DNA of 50,045 nucleotides, counting the filler, from an uncultured virus (IMG/VR IMGVR_UViG_2061766007_000581) (lineage: Duplodnaviria > Heunggongvirae > Uroviricota > Caudoviricetes). It is 2 parts of one record of this genome, joined end to end, with 100 filler letters (N's around TTAATTAATTAA, not from the genome) between each part and the next. Parts side by side here need not be neighbours in the genome. Positions count along the whole stretch, not along the records: positions 1 to 21,364 come from IMGVR_UViG_2061766007_000581; 1 more part is not named here. One strand, given 5' to 3'. The notes under the pieces were generated by a model that was not told the origin of the DNA, did not search any database, and saw nothing but the letters and a program-made list of their open reading frames with translations. A program made the translations under genes and the position numbers. Shown here one piece after another: positions 1 through 10,954 of this stretch. Each line of letters begins with the position of its first letter. Within the stretch, counting starts at the first letter, position 1.

Positions 1-2
1 AC

Positions 3-122
3 AGCAAAGGTATCGTGAGTGTAGATGCAAATACGATGACATACATTGGAGGAAATGGCGGTAACGGGGGCAATGGTGTCGTACATCTCCTCCTACAAAA
101 CGGAACATTCGAGGAGGACTGA
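3..122 (+). CDS. 3' end of Gly-rich tail/fibre-type protein (partial)
   Basis: Open frame SKGIVSVDANTMTYIGGNGGNGGNGVVHLLLQNGTFEED ending in TGA 120-122; GAGGAGG RBS for the next gene. Confidence 0.5.
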   Translation, partial: SKGIVSVDANTMTYIGGNGGNGGNGVVHLLLQNGTFEED

Positions 123-127
123 TACAT

Positions 128-2175
128 ATGCCAGATACGAATATCGGGTCGACCGTCGTCTTATCAAAAAAAGAGGACAATGGCAGTATCTCGTTGATAC
201 ACATGACACTTTTTAAAGATGATACCGTCGAGAGTAATACGATAACGGGCACAAGATACTCTACGATCACTGAGAATGTTGCAGACAATATATCCACGTC
301 TGTTTCGGTCACACCGATAGTTACATACGACGCGGAGAACGCATTCGCATTCGATATACAGGCCAACGAACAGATCTCGTTCAATTTCATAAGAAAGAAC
401 CCAACAGGATCATATCATAAGATGATCAGCGGCTCCCCCACGGTCACACCTCTCCCCGATGACAACAGTGATGATGACAGAGTCTGGAGTAACAGAAAAT
501 GGATCAACGAATTGGTAAAACTAGTCAATCGCTGGCAAGCAGAATCGGACGGGTGTATCCTTACNNNNNNNNNNNNNNNNNNCTGCAACACGGATTTTCC
601 ATAAATGTGTTCCTGCGTAATGTCACGCACACCATGAGCATTAATTCCAACGAGATCGTAAAGGGCAGTATCGACGTTCAAGTTGGCAGCATGACCGGCG
701 ATGCGATCCGCGCAAGTGAGTCAGGTATATCTATCAATGGATATAATGATAAGATCAACTTTGAGGACATGTCGGTGTGCATGACCTCTTCTGACGGCCT
801 CTCAACATACACTTTGTATCGTAAGGGCATCTTGATCGATGGGGAGAAACGCGATCTTAATTGTGTTTCCAACTACACACTTAAAGGAGGACCTGAGCAG
901 CCATTTGAGTACCTGGTCATGGAAATATCTAAAAAAAGACTCAGTGTANNNNNNNNNNNNGACATCATCGCTGGACGTAATAGAGTGATCCTCAACGCAA
1001 TGGGCAAAGGTACATTCATCGTCACAAAATGTTCCACATCATTTACTACTTACAAGATCATTGCATACAGTATCTGTGAGATATACCGTTCAACATCAAT
1101 CAACCAGACGATATTCAAATTCGGAGGACAAACCCTCACAACTCCGTTCAGCATAATATACACGATACTNNNNNNNNNNNNNNNNNNNNNNGGGATCAAA
1201 CATATCTCCTGTATATTTCACTGCAGACACGATCAAATACGCATTCTTCACGTCAAATAATGTGTGGGAGCACACTCGTGACGAGTGTAGTTTTTCCAAC
1301 AATTCATCATCATGGTACATAATATCCGTATGTGCATTGAAACTGAACTGTAAAGTCTGGTTCTCTGATGGCTATGCATATCTTATCGACCCGACGATCA
1401 CACAGCTTATGCTGGCATATCCGGATCAATATGGCATCACCACTAACATCGCACATTACAAATCACACATTTCCAAAATATATCTGAACGAATCTGAACC
1501 ATACCCCCTGTCTGCCACTGATACGGAAAAGAAATTCTCCAAATCCGTCTGTGATACGATCTCCTTAGGGGATGAAGGTGCAGAAACGATCTGTAATTTC
1601 ATCAAAGTTCAATTCGATCCGTATAAAGATGGCAGAGATTCGGCTGCACTTATAAAAGGGAACTATATGCTCGGTCTTACCGCAACATGTTTGGAACGTC
1701 CCGCAGGCAGCACCAGATATATTATAGACACATCATCAAATCAAAAGATAGCCCAATCCCAGGCAAAATACGGCATCAAACAGATCGTATACAAGATCCC
1801 CGAAATTGGGAATGTGGATGCGGACGATATAGCCATAAAAGTCGCTGAAAGCTATTGTGACGGCGAACAATCTATCGGATTTAAATTAAAAGAGANNNNN
1901 NNNNNNNNNNNNNNNNNNCAAAATATTGGCAGAAATATTTCCCATCCTTTACACAAGTAGATTCGATAACCGATTATTCGAACGACCTCATATTATCCAA
2001 TCGTTCAAATTATCTGATAAACGGGGAACGCCCGGAAATGCCCAATAAATTATGTCTATCCACCTTTGAGCACTACTTCCCGGAAGGTACGACCAAGTAT
2101 TGGTTCGGCATAATGAAACCCACCGATATCACGCAGAACACTTCCGAAATTTCCAATGCGATCTACAATCAGTGA
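128..2175 (+). CDS. Putative tail/baseplate structural protein (one gene broken by four N gaps)
   Basis: ORF pieces 128-564, ~583-1169, ~1191-1895 and a final frame KYWQKYFPSF...SNAIYNQ* ending at TGA 2173-2175; frame changes coincide with gaps; upstream of fibre genes. Confidence 0.5.
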
Positions 2176-2178
2176 TGC

Positions 2179-2186
2179 TTTAAAAA
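2179..2186 (+). promoter_or_regulatory. Archaeal-type TATA box
   Basis: TTTAAAAA about 20 nt before ATG 2207 in a short intergenic gap with no RBS. Confidence 0.5.
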
Positions 2187-2206
2187 CATAGACCGCATTA
2201 TACCGT

Positions 2207-3392
2207 ATGATAGCAATGGTCATGCACACCATCCAGGTGACATACGACCCTACCACCAGGCGCATGTCACTCACCGGCAGAGACAACTATGGTGGCGCGA
2301 CCACCGACGTCAACTCTGTTTCGATCGAATTCTCGGGCATAGTGCCTGAAGGCACGAATTTCATTGCAAGGGTAGATTTTGCAGTACCTGTCAAAAAGGA
2401 CGATTATACGATCGAACACCCCTTCATACTTCTTGAACAAGATAATGATACATGGTCGGCCGTGATCCCCAACGCAGTGCTCATGGCCGCGAAGGATACC
2501 AAGAAGTTGCCGTTCCAGCTCGTTCTCGCCAACGACAGCCAGGTCATCAACTCCCGCAACGCCATCACACTCGACATCACACCCGGTATCGACTCGTTGA
2601 TCCCGGGAAGCGGTCTCCCCGAATATGAGGCACCGGAGTGGCCGCTGCCGGAAGAGATNNNNNNNNNNNNTCGAAGCGACGTACGATCCGGCCACCAGAA
2701 CATTATCCACGTCTTCGGCAGACATGTACGGCGGTGCGACCATCGACACCTGCAGTATAAGGATCAATGTCTCAGGCATCGTGCCGACCGGTGTCGACTT
2801 CAGTGCCAGACTTGATTTCGCCGCACCGATCAGGGTCGGTGAGGATGTCGTGGTGAAACCGTTCGTAGTACTCGAACAGATCAACAATACGTGGTGTGCC
2901 ATCATCCCTCAGGCGATATTGATGGCCGCCAAGGAGACCAAGAAGCTCCCGTTCCAGCTGGTCACCAGGCATGGAGATACTGTGATCAACTCACGCAACA
3001 CCATCGTGCTGGAGATCACAAGAGCCATCAATGCGATGGAGTCCGTCGAGAGCACATACGCGCCGTACATCATGTACCGTAACGACACATGGGAATGGGT
3101 CGAGGATTTCACTTATGATACCGGTGCAGTGGTCGTCTACAATGGAGAGATGTACACTTCGCTGTCAGACAATAACCTGGGTTATGAGCCTGATGAGAAC
3201 CCCGAAAAGTGGTCATTGCTTACAGGTGTTGAAAGTATCATCCTTGGCGGCATAGAAGGTACAAGAGTAGACACGAGCATAACATTCACATCAGAACAGG
3301 TGTTCGAGGCGGCAGGGTTTGAACCAACATATCCTGTTCCAGTAGTTGAACTGGATGTACCTGTGGTAACATGGAGGACTGAAGATGACTGA
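2207..3392 (+). CDS. Baseplate/tail protein with two tandem homologous domains and a C-terminal CBM5/12-like motif (gap at 2659-2670)
   Basis: Repeated domain TYDP..R....D.YGGAT...SGIVP....ARxDFA....LMAAKxTKKLPFQLV...VINSRN; motif WVEDFTYDTGAVVVYNGEMY...P...W. Confidence 0.55.
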
Positions 3393-3690
3393 TTACGAAT
3401 ACATAACACACGACAACAACAAGATACAGGTGGAATCGGCGGTAAGGGATGCCCTCGGTTACAGGATCGACACTGCATATCCTAAGAAGGTAGANNNNNN
3501 NNNNTTGCATGGACTCAACAATGCGCCATCGGCAGTATCCCTGTATGTGATACACACCATTGGAGATAACGAGTCCCTTGAGAAGATCGAGGCGGATATC
3601 GAGGTCACCAATGTCGACATAACGATAACATTCATCGAACTCCCTCCCGGCGGCGACGATCTAGAGTTGCTCGTGAGGTCTCTGATATAA
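3385..3690 (+). CDS. Small tail-fibre-associated protein
   Basis: QVESAVRD motif shared with neighbouring fibre genes; overlaps upstream stop. Confidence 0.5.
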   Translation: MTDYEYITHDNNKIQVESAVRDALGYRIDTAYPKKVXXXXLHGLNNAPSAVSLYVIHTIGDNESLEKIEADIEVTNVDITITFIELPPGGDDLELLVRSLI

Positions 3691-3700
3691 AGGTGATAAC

Positions 3701-5505
3701 ATGGAGCAATACTCGAACCTGAACGTACACGGAAAGATAAAACAGAAGAATGGTCTGAATGGTGCAGGGGAACAGGGTACCGAATCCAACGATGTCGTAT
3801 TGTACCCCACACTTACGACACGCGTTCCAACCCCTCTACCGGCCGCCCCTACCTCTGCGGAAGCAGGCAAGGCCATTGTTGTGAATTCGGCAGGCAATGG
3901 GCTCGAATACGGGGAGGCGGGAAAGGTCGATGCCATTCAGATCAATGGTACGGCAATCGCGGGNNNNNNNNNNTCATCCCCGGAACAGGCCTCACAAGCA
4001 GCGGTGCGACAATCAATCATAGCAACAGTGTCGATGCTGCAACTGCAGGCACATCATCTGCAACGTCGGGTGCGACCGCCGCCATTCCGTATGTGACTTA
4101 TGATGCACAAGGCCATATCACTGCATCGGGTACACACACCCACACCATAAACAACCTTGCAGCAAGTACCATCGCATCGGGGGAATTGGCAAGTGCCAGA
4201 TTGCCCAGTGCAACATCGTCATCCAAAGGTGCGGTCACACTCATATATGCCACCGGTGAATCTGGAGTGATAGCGGTTCCGACCGAAGGGAAGATGGAAG
4301 AATTCGTCAATTCGTCCATCGGAACGAATACGGCCTATTTCAAGGGGACTTATGATGTCGAAACGGATTTAGGACTGGCGGAAACGGCGACACAGGCACA
4401 GGTTATCACGGCATTGAACGCAAAGACGTCATGGAAAGTCGGTGGAGCACCTACAAACAATGATTATTGTTTTGTGCAATTCGATCTCAGTCAGGATCCT
4501 GGAAATGTGGATAGGTACGACCGTTATAAGTATAGTACCGGATCATCCTCTGCCACATGGGTCTATGAATATACATTGAACAATTCATCGTTCACATCGG
4601 ACCAGTGGGCTGCAATCAATTCCAAGATCAGCAACAGTACGGTCGGTACACAGAATGTGAGGTCTGTGGATGTAAAGGACATCGTCACAGGGCCTGAATC
4701 GGCAACGGTCGATCACATCGCAACATTCAACAGTGCAAACGGTAACGTTGTCAAGGATAGTGGTTATACAATCGCCACGTCCGTACCATCGGGTGCGNNN
4801 NNNNNNNNNNCGTCTGCGAACCACTACTCACCCTCGACAGCAAGCGGGCAGGATAAGACCGCATCAGCATCGGGTGCGACCGCAGCATGGAGCATAGATG
4901 TGGTCAAAGGGGTCACCCTCAATACAGATGGTAAAGGTCACGTCACGGGAATATCCGTAACTTCTGGAAAGATTCCTGCAAATCCCAATACGGATGCGAA
5001 AGTGCAGCAGAAAGGCATCACGACAAACGGAGAATATCCCATATTGCTAAAGTATGACACTGGCACGACCGATGTTGCAGCCAATTATGTAAACTTCGCC
5101 AAACCTACCAGTAAGGTACCGACGATCAATGCAAGTACGGGTGCGATCACTGCGGCAGGNNNNNNNNNNGACGGAAACCCTGTACAGGTTGAGAGTGCCG
5201 TGAGGGATGGCACAGGTGTAGTGATCAGCACGGAATACGTGAGACACGCCGAATATACCGTGCCAGTCAGTACAAGTCAGCAATACCACAAGTATTTTGC
5301 TGATCTGGCACTTGGCAAATCTTGGAATGGGGACCCGAATGTGCAACCTGCTGACAGGATCCCGAGGGTCGTAGAGATATTCGACGCTTCCGGCAACCAG
5401 ATACAGACCGATGTCACCATAGATCTGACGAACAGCAGGATCACGATCTACCCTACGGCAGTAAGCCCTGCACAGACGTGGACAGTAAGGGTCACGGCAT
5501 GGTGA
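3701..5505 (+). CDS. Tail fibre protein (gap-broken)
   Basis: Ser/Thr/Gly/Ala-rich; repeats TYDAQGHIT / NTDGKGHVT, ARLPSATSSSKG and G..IKDSG typical of phage fibres; AAGGTGA RBS. Confidence 0.7.
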
Positions 5506-5523
5506 TAAGGAAGTGTGATAGAT

Positions 5524-6064
5524 ATGCCCTCCCTAAACATCGAGATATATTCAAACGATAATAACGCCCTGCTTCAGACAATATCGCTCTCCAGCACAGA
5601 ATCTGGATTTGCTACAGTAGACTCTACAGGGGCATCTTTTTACAAAGAAGGCGAAAGCACTCCGGATGGAATATATACATATACAGGGGAGGGTGTATTT
5701 ACAGGATTTACCATAACGCCTAATACAACAACCCCTACATATGGTATCGGGGATACATTCAGTATAGGAATTAATACCAATCAACATCTGAATATCGTCG
5801 CAGGCACGGCAGCGAAGAAGATCACATACGACAACAAACCTGTGCAGGTGGAGAGTGCCATCAGGGACGGNNNNNNNNNNAGTCAGCACAAGTCAGCAAT
5901 ACCACAAGAACTTTGCCGATCTGGCACTTGGTACCAACAGTGCAGGGCAGGCACGCAAACCCCGTCAGGTGGAGATTTACGATCCGTCAGGCAATCAGAT
6001 ACAGACCGATGTCACGATCGATCTGACGAACAGCAGGATCACGATCTATCCCACCGCGATAGAC
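5524..6064 (+). CDS. Tail-fibre-related protein fragments (gap-broken, partly an alternative haplotype of 5170-5505)
   Basis: QVESAIRDG motif and a repeat of the VEIxDxSGNQIQTDVTIDLTNSRITIYPTA domain. Confidence 0.45.
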
Positions 6065-6075
6065 NNNNNNNNNNT

Positions 6076-7896
6076 TCCGGTAAGGTCATCGCGGATACAT
6101 ATGCTAAGAAGCCCGCAGTCTATGAACGCACCACCAATTCAAGCACGTCGACCACTTGTACACTCATTCAGTTCAACGCATCCGACTACAAGGCAAATGG
6201 TTACCTGGCTCATTTTAGATTCAGAGTGAGGTCAGTAGCACAGGACGCATACCCATCTGATAATGAGTTTATCATTAATTATTCGTATCGCAGTGCAAGT
6301 ATATTCTGTATCAATAATAAGAGATCAACATCTCTCGATATTATTCAGAACATCTACGCATACTACCCAAGTATAGATCAATATGTTGACACAGGTAATT
6401 ATTTCATAGCATTCACAACAGGCGCAGCATCTACGAACTTCATTATTGAGATGATTGAAGCCGATGTACCCTACTCGATACCAGCAACGATGTCGGCACC
6501 GACGACGACCAATAATACATTATATTATATGTTGTCACCAGGTGATTATACGTACCCATTGATGTGGACAGGCAAAGCGGTGGGAAGCATCACTGGTAGT
6601 GCGGAATCAGCAAGAACTTCAAATTACACCTATGGAACAGAACAAAAGTATTTCCGTGTCGGAGAAGTTGATTTATATAGACTAATGGCAGTCGACCATA
6701 CAGGTGTGGCGTACAAGATAAATACAAGCACTAAGAAATTTCCTCTGCCTATCAGTATGTATGTCGGTAGGGGCAACTCTGCAAATACAACATCATATAA
6801 CGCAATCACATCCATCTATGGCAGTAGCGGATATACGAATGTTTCAGAACTTATATCACCTTCATACAATAATTTCACGATGCCCACACTCACGGCAAGC
6901 GACGGAGGAAAGACACTCTATGTCAGAGGGTCGCTGGACACCGATGGGTACTTTGTATGTGACGGTAATGTCACTCTCTCGATGGAAGCGGGATACACGT
7001 ATATCCCGTTCGGTACACTCGACCCTGAATATGGAGTTGACTCCAATTCTGGCAGTTATGTACCAATGGTCCCCGATAGATACTCATTCAATGCAATCTC
7101 AGCACCAGCATATACATTCGATGCCAATGGTAAATTGACACACATCGATGGTAAAGAGATCAGTGGCGGTGGCGGGCCCAGTGTTATAGAATATACCGTG
7201 CCGACGACCATATCATCTGGAAATGTAGTCATAGCGGAGTACAATGGCACATACGACGGATCTCCTGGTTATGTCAAGTTCGTTATGGAAGTGACATCCT
7301 CATCGTATATAGGTGTCTATGTAGTAGAAGCGGCGTGGGGATTGGCGAATGGAGGCATCACACTCATATCGGGTAATGCTATGGGAAATGATGTAGGTAC
7401 ATTATATCTGTATTATCCGTCCTCAACGTCGAACTATGTATACCCTCCTGTTTTGAGTGTATATAATGCAGGTACACGTGAAAAGCAAGTCAAGATTACC
7501 GTGTTGGAAGACTCTGGCAATCTTACTTGGAAGACAGATTGGGGTACAACGGTATCAACAACAGGTCGCACTAGCAGATATGTCTCTTTATCCAATGCAT
7601 CACAAGTCTACTATGCAGATAATGCATCAACCGCAACAGCCGCATCCTACGCAACATCCCTCAATGCGCCAATAGTTGCAACATTGCCGACATCGAGCGG
7701 AGTTAAATTCTGCACAAATCTCACAATCCTATCAAAGACAGATACATGGTTTATAGAAACGTATGCGTATTATCCATACAAATTCCAGAGGGCCACGGCT
7801 ATGAGCGATCCGTCAGAGGTCGCCGTGAGGACGAGTACGGACAACGGAACAACATGGAGCAACTGGGTATATTCATATTCAGTATGGCACACATGA
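6076..7896 (+). CDS. Tail fibre/receptor-binding protein, C-terminal part
   Basis: About 600-codon open frame rich in T/S/Y/G, AT-richer codons, ends ...STDNGTTWSNW typical of fibre tips. Confidence 0.65.
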   Translation, partial: SGKVIADTYAKKPAVYERTTNSSTSTTCTLIQFNASDYKANGYLAHFRFRVRSVAQDAYPSDNEFIINYSYRSASIFCINNKRSTSLDIIQNIYAYYPSIDQYVDTGNYFIAFTTGAASTNFIIEMIEADVPYSIPATMSAPTTTNNTLYYMLSPGDYTYPLMWTGKAVGSITGSAESARTSNYTYGTEQKYFRVGEVDLYRLMAVDHTGVAYKINTSTKKFPLPISMYVGRGNSANTTSYNAITSIYGSSGYTNVSELISPSYNNFTMPTLTASDGGKTLYVRGSLDTDGYFVCDGNVTLSMEAGYTYIPFGTLDPEYGVDSNSGSYVPMVPDRYSFNAISAPAYTFDANGKLTHIDGKEISGGGGPSVIEYTVPTTISSGNVVIAEYNGTYDGSPGYVKFVMEVTSSSYIGVYVVEAAWGLANGGITLISGNAMGNDVGTLYLYYPSSTSNYVYPPVLSVYNAGTREKQVKITVLEDSGNLTWKTDWGTTVSTTGRTSRYVSLSNASQVYYADNASTATAASYATSLNAPIVATLPTSSGVKFCTNLTILSKTDTWFIETYAYYPYKFQRATAMSDPSEVAVRTSTDNGTTWSNWVYSYSVWHT

Positions 7897-7899
7897 ACA

Positions 7900-7907
7900 T
7901 ATAAATA
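7900..7907 (+). promoter_or_regulatory. TATA box of the Ser/Cys-protein + radical SAM operon
   Basis: TATAAATA 24 nt before ATG 7932, the same spacing as other leaderless starts in the window. Confidence 0.6.
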
Positions 7908-7931
7908 AACAAGAAGAGATGACTGGTACAT

Positions 7932-8513
7932 ATGGCACTGACTGAATTCACAGAGGAAATGGCATCACAACCCGAATATTTCAAGGACGTTCCGATTGAC
8001 ACGATCATCGAGGCAAAAGGTCTCCCGTTCGAGGACAAGGTCAGACTCGTCAGGTACTGCTTGACGAACGACATACTCATCAATTCTTCGCTGGTCTCAA
8101 ACCTCATCTTGTTGATCAAAGGATCCACACTTGAGGATGCGGTCTATGAGGATGCGAAGGTCATCTTTAAGGATCTGGAGGAATACATCGACATCAAACT
8201 GGCATTGAAGAAGGAGATCTCGGACTTTGAGGAGAACGTGCTCAAGTATTACTTCGGTGCGTTCAAGAGTCTGTCGGTCAAACTGCCTGACGGCAAGGTG
8301 GAGATACCCGGTCTTTACAAGGCCGTGCTGTCCGTTGCGGACATCTACATGATCTCAAAACTCCTCAACAAGCACAAAGTGGACTTCGATGCACTCCCGT
8401 TGGTATATGAGGGGGACATCATAGTTCAGGCTGTGAACTTCCAGAACCCCCTTATCACAGAGTTCATGAATGTACTTGCAGGGAGGATAAAAGAGGATGG
8501 CATCACTTTCTAA
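7932..8513 (+). CDS. Hypothetical protein, first gene of the radical SAM operon
   Basis: 193-aa ORF with virus-like codon usage; 3' end overlaps the next gene. Confidence 0.75.
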   Translation: MALTEFTEEMASQPEYFKDVPIDTIIEAKGLPFEDKVRLVRYCLTNDILINSSLVSNLILLIKGSTLEDAVYEDAKVIFKDLEEYIDIKLALKKEISDFEENVLKYYFGAFKSLSVKLPDGKVEIPGLYKAVLSVADIYMISKLLNKHKVDFDALPLVYEGDIIVQAVNFQNPLITEFMNVLAGRIKEDGITF

Positions 8514-9453
8514 GAGAGAATTTGCAGATTACGTCTGGAACAACGGCATCCTCCCTCTTCTGTCAAATACGAAGATAGAGAACAGAAGTGCAGCATACAA
8601 ATTGACGAATGCCCAGGTCGCAAGTACATCTTTCACTCAGACCAAAGGGGGCTGGAATTATACCTCTGGGTCGTTTGTCCATGGCCCTGCAGGTTATGCA
8701 GCCGATAAAGGTCATGAACAATGGTATGCTGGAAATGGAGCCCCCATACGTGCAGATACTGACCATTTCGGACAATACACGTATACTTCAAACACTATCC
8801 CCGATGATCCTGCTCCGATAAGTTGTACGATATACGCTTGCACTGGTGTAAGTTCAAGCAATAAATACGGAAATAGCAGTTACAGTCCCAAAATGGTGGT
8901 CTCCACAAACAATTACCCTGCGGTGAACACCTCTACCGCATATACTGCCTACATCAACTATTTGACCGCATTGGGGTTGTTCAGTACATCATATAACCTT
9001 GGTTCAGTCAGGTCATATGCATTCTTCCTCCTGTGTACTGCATCGTTCTTCATGAATTCATTGTTGGTCATCCCCTGGAGTTCAAATTATGTATTCTCAC
9101 CTGCATCGAGTACAGGTGTGGCAGCATTTCCGGTGAATCTGCTCACGTTCATGGGAGATTCTCCCACGCTTTCATCCTCTGGCATCACGGATCTGTTCAC
9201 ATCTCTTGTCAACGCGTTTAAAAACCGCCCTGCTGTGAGGATAACAGGTGCGAGCATCACGGGCGTTCCTGCCACGACCACATGTTCATCAAGTTCCTCC
9301 TCGTCCTGTTCATCATCGTGTTCTTCCTCATCCTGTTCCTCCTCGTCCTGTTCATCATCGAGTTCATCTTCATCATCGAGTTCCTCGTGTTCGAGCTCCT
9401 GTTCGTCAAGCTCGTTCTTCATTGCCTTCATGAACCTCGGAGGCAGAATATGA
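8497..9453 (+). CDS. Ser/Cys-tract protein A (candidate radical SAM substrate)
   Basis: 318 aa; C-terminus C-S7-C-S3-C-S4-C-S4-C-S12-C-S3-C-S4-FFIAFMNLGGRI; GGAGG RBS. Confidence 0.8.
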   Translation: MASLSKREFADYVWNNGILPLLSNTKIENRSAAYKLTNAQVASTSFTQTKGGWNYTSGSFVHGPAGYAADKGHEQWYAGNGAPIRADTDHFGQYTYTSNTIPDDPAPISCTIYACTGVSSSNKYGNSSYSPKMVVSTNNYPAVNTSTAYTAYINYLTALGLFSTSYNLGSVRSYAFFLLCTASFFMNSLLVIPWSSNYVFSPASSTGVAAFPVNLLTFMGDSPTLSSSGITDLFTSLVNAFKNRPAVRITGASITGVPATTTCSSSSSSSCSSSCSSSSCSSSSCSSSSSSSSSSSSCSSSCSSSSFFIAFMNLGGRI

Positions 9454-10103
9454 ACCCGTCGTTCGGTACGATCACGTATGGGGACTTGACCACTCTTGCA
9501 GACACTCTCTTCAACGGGATCTCAGAGAATACCGTATCGCCCGTCAAAGCGGGAACAGTCACTGCGGCCAAATCGGGGAATGCCGTGGCATGGAGCGTTA
9601 ACGATACGACATCGTATACGACACTTGCAGGAAAGGCTGCGATGAGAACAGCGTTCAGCACATTCGCCTCCAACATCCTGACGGCGTTGGGTGTAGCGTC
9701 CACTGACATCATAACGACCACAGGTTTTGTTGTTTTCTTTCAGAATTTCTACAAATTCTGTGCAGAGAACATCATCATGGGGGCAAAAGGTATCACGTGT
9801 AGGAACAATGTGCCTACTGTGTCCACGGGGTTCACGGACATGGTAACGGTTGCAGAGATGAGCGACATGACATCGACCATCACGACATACTTCAACAAAG
9901 GTTCTGTTGGGTCTGTAACAGGCTATGCGATTGCCGTGTCGAGTTCCTCTTCAAGTTCATCGTCCTGCAGCAGCAGTTCGTGTTCTTCATCGTGCTCGTC
10001 CTCATCGTGCTCGTCCTCATCGTCCAGCAGCTCGAGCTCATCCTCATCGTCCAGTTCCTCATCATCGAGTTCGTTCTTCATAGCCTTCATGAACCTTGGG
10101 TGA
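9450..10103 (+). CDS. Ser/Cys-tract protein B (candidate radical SAM substrate)
   Basis: 217 aa from ATG 9450 (ATGA overlap, GGAGG RBS); C-terminus S9-C-S4-C-S3-C-S4-C-S21-FFIAFMNLG. Confidence 0.8.
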   Translation: MNPSFGTITYGDLTTLADTLFNGISENTVSPVKAGTVTAAKSGNAVAWSVNDTTSYTTLAGKAAMRTAFSTFASNILTALGVASTDIITTTGFVVFFQNFYKFCAENIIMGAKGITCRNNVPTVSTGFTDMVTVAEMSDMTSTITTYFNKGSVGSVTGYAIAVSSSSSSSSSCSSSSCSSSCSSSSCSSSSSSSSSSSSSSSSSSSSSFFIAFMNLG

Positions 10104-10107
10104 GTCC

Positions 10108-10950
10108 ATGTTCATTCAGCTTATCGTGTGGAAGGACTGCAACAACGACTGTTCCTTCTGTTCGCAGAGGATGGTGAGAGACAACCTTACACACGAAGAC
10201 AGGGGGAACAGGCTGATACAAGCTGCCGAATGGATCCGTAATATGCCGTTCAATAATGATAAATTCGGTCTGATCGGCGGGGAACTGTTCTGTTATGATG
10301 GATTGGATGATGAATGGGAACAGATAGCATCAGCCGTGAACGGTGCATCACTCGAATGTCTGTATATCACATCCAATCTCATCGGAAGCATACGTAACAT
10401 CACAAGATTCATCAAAAAAGTGAACATCCCTGTGACGGTATGCACCTCTTATGACACTAAAGGCAGATTTAGAGACGATGTCGTGAAAGAAGACTGGAGG
10501 GAGAACGTCGCCAAGGTGCAAAAGGCAGGCGCAGGCATATGTTGCACATCCATCATGACACAGGAATTCATACAAGATGAGATATATCTGCCAGGGGATG
10601 TATATTTCAATCTTCAGGAACCGATAATATCGTGCGAATGGTATTATGATGATACGCTGAAGAACAAGGCGTATCACGCTTCACTCTGTAACAACCCGCC
10701 TGTGAACCTGATGAATAGGGCTGATTTCCTCAATTGGGCGACGAAACACCGTGATTATATCGAACACTACCATAACTACGCGTCGACGCACTCGGAAGAA
10801 CTCTACGAGTTCGTTGACGGAAAGATAGCACTGAAGTACCATGACCGCATGACCATGAACATCGCACCTTGCGGACATCAGTACAGTGCCAGATGTTACG
10901 CAGATAGTGATAAATGCATTCAGTGCGATGTCGAGATGCTACTAATGTGA
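10108..10950 (+). CDS. Radical SAM protein 1
   Basis: CNNDCSFC (CxxxCxxC), LIGGELF, TSYDTKGRF, C-terminal CGH...CY.DSDKCIQCD; GGGTGA RBS. Confidence 0.85.
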   Translation: MFIQLIVWKDCNNDCSFCSQRMVRDNLTHEDRGNRLIQAAEWIRNMPFNNDKFGLIGGELFCYDGLDDEWEQIASAVNGASLECLYITSNLIGSIRNITRFIKKVNIPVTVCTSYDTKGRFRDDVVKEDWRENVAKVQKAGAGICCTSIMTQEFIQDEIYLPGDVYFNLQEPIISCEWYYDDTLKNKAYHASLCNNPPVNLMNRADFLNWATKHRDYIEHYHNYASTHSEELYEFVDGKIALKYHDRMTMNIAPCGHQYSARCYADSDKCIQCDVEMLLM

Positions 10951-10954
10951 TAGT

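Noticed and set aside
1919..1960. TAG stop of ORF 1262-1960 as possible pyrrolysine readthrough
   Set aside because: Wrong frame after an N gap; another frame is open to TGA 2175
9087..9431. Minus-strand poly-Asp/Glu ORF
   Set aside because: Antisense shadow of the Ser/Cys codons; no RBS or promoter support
9282..9449. Hydrophobic 'signal/TM' N-terminus of ORF 9282-10103
   Set aside because: Off-frame reading of protein A's Ser tract; the real start is ATG 9450 with GGAGG RBS and ATGA coupling
9283..10073. TCN-rich stretches as microsatellite or CRISPR-like repeats
   Set aside because: No fixed repeat unit or spacers; mixed TCN/AGY codons show protein-level selection
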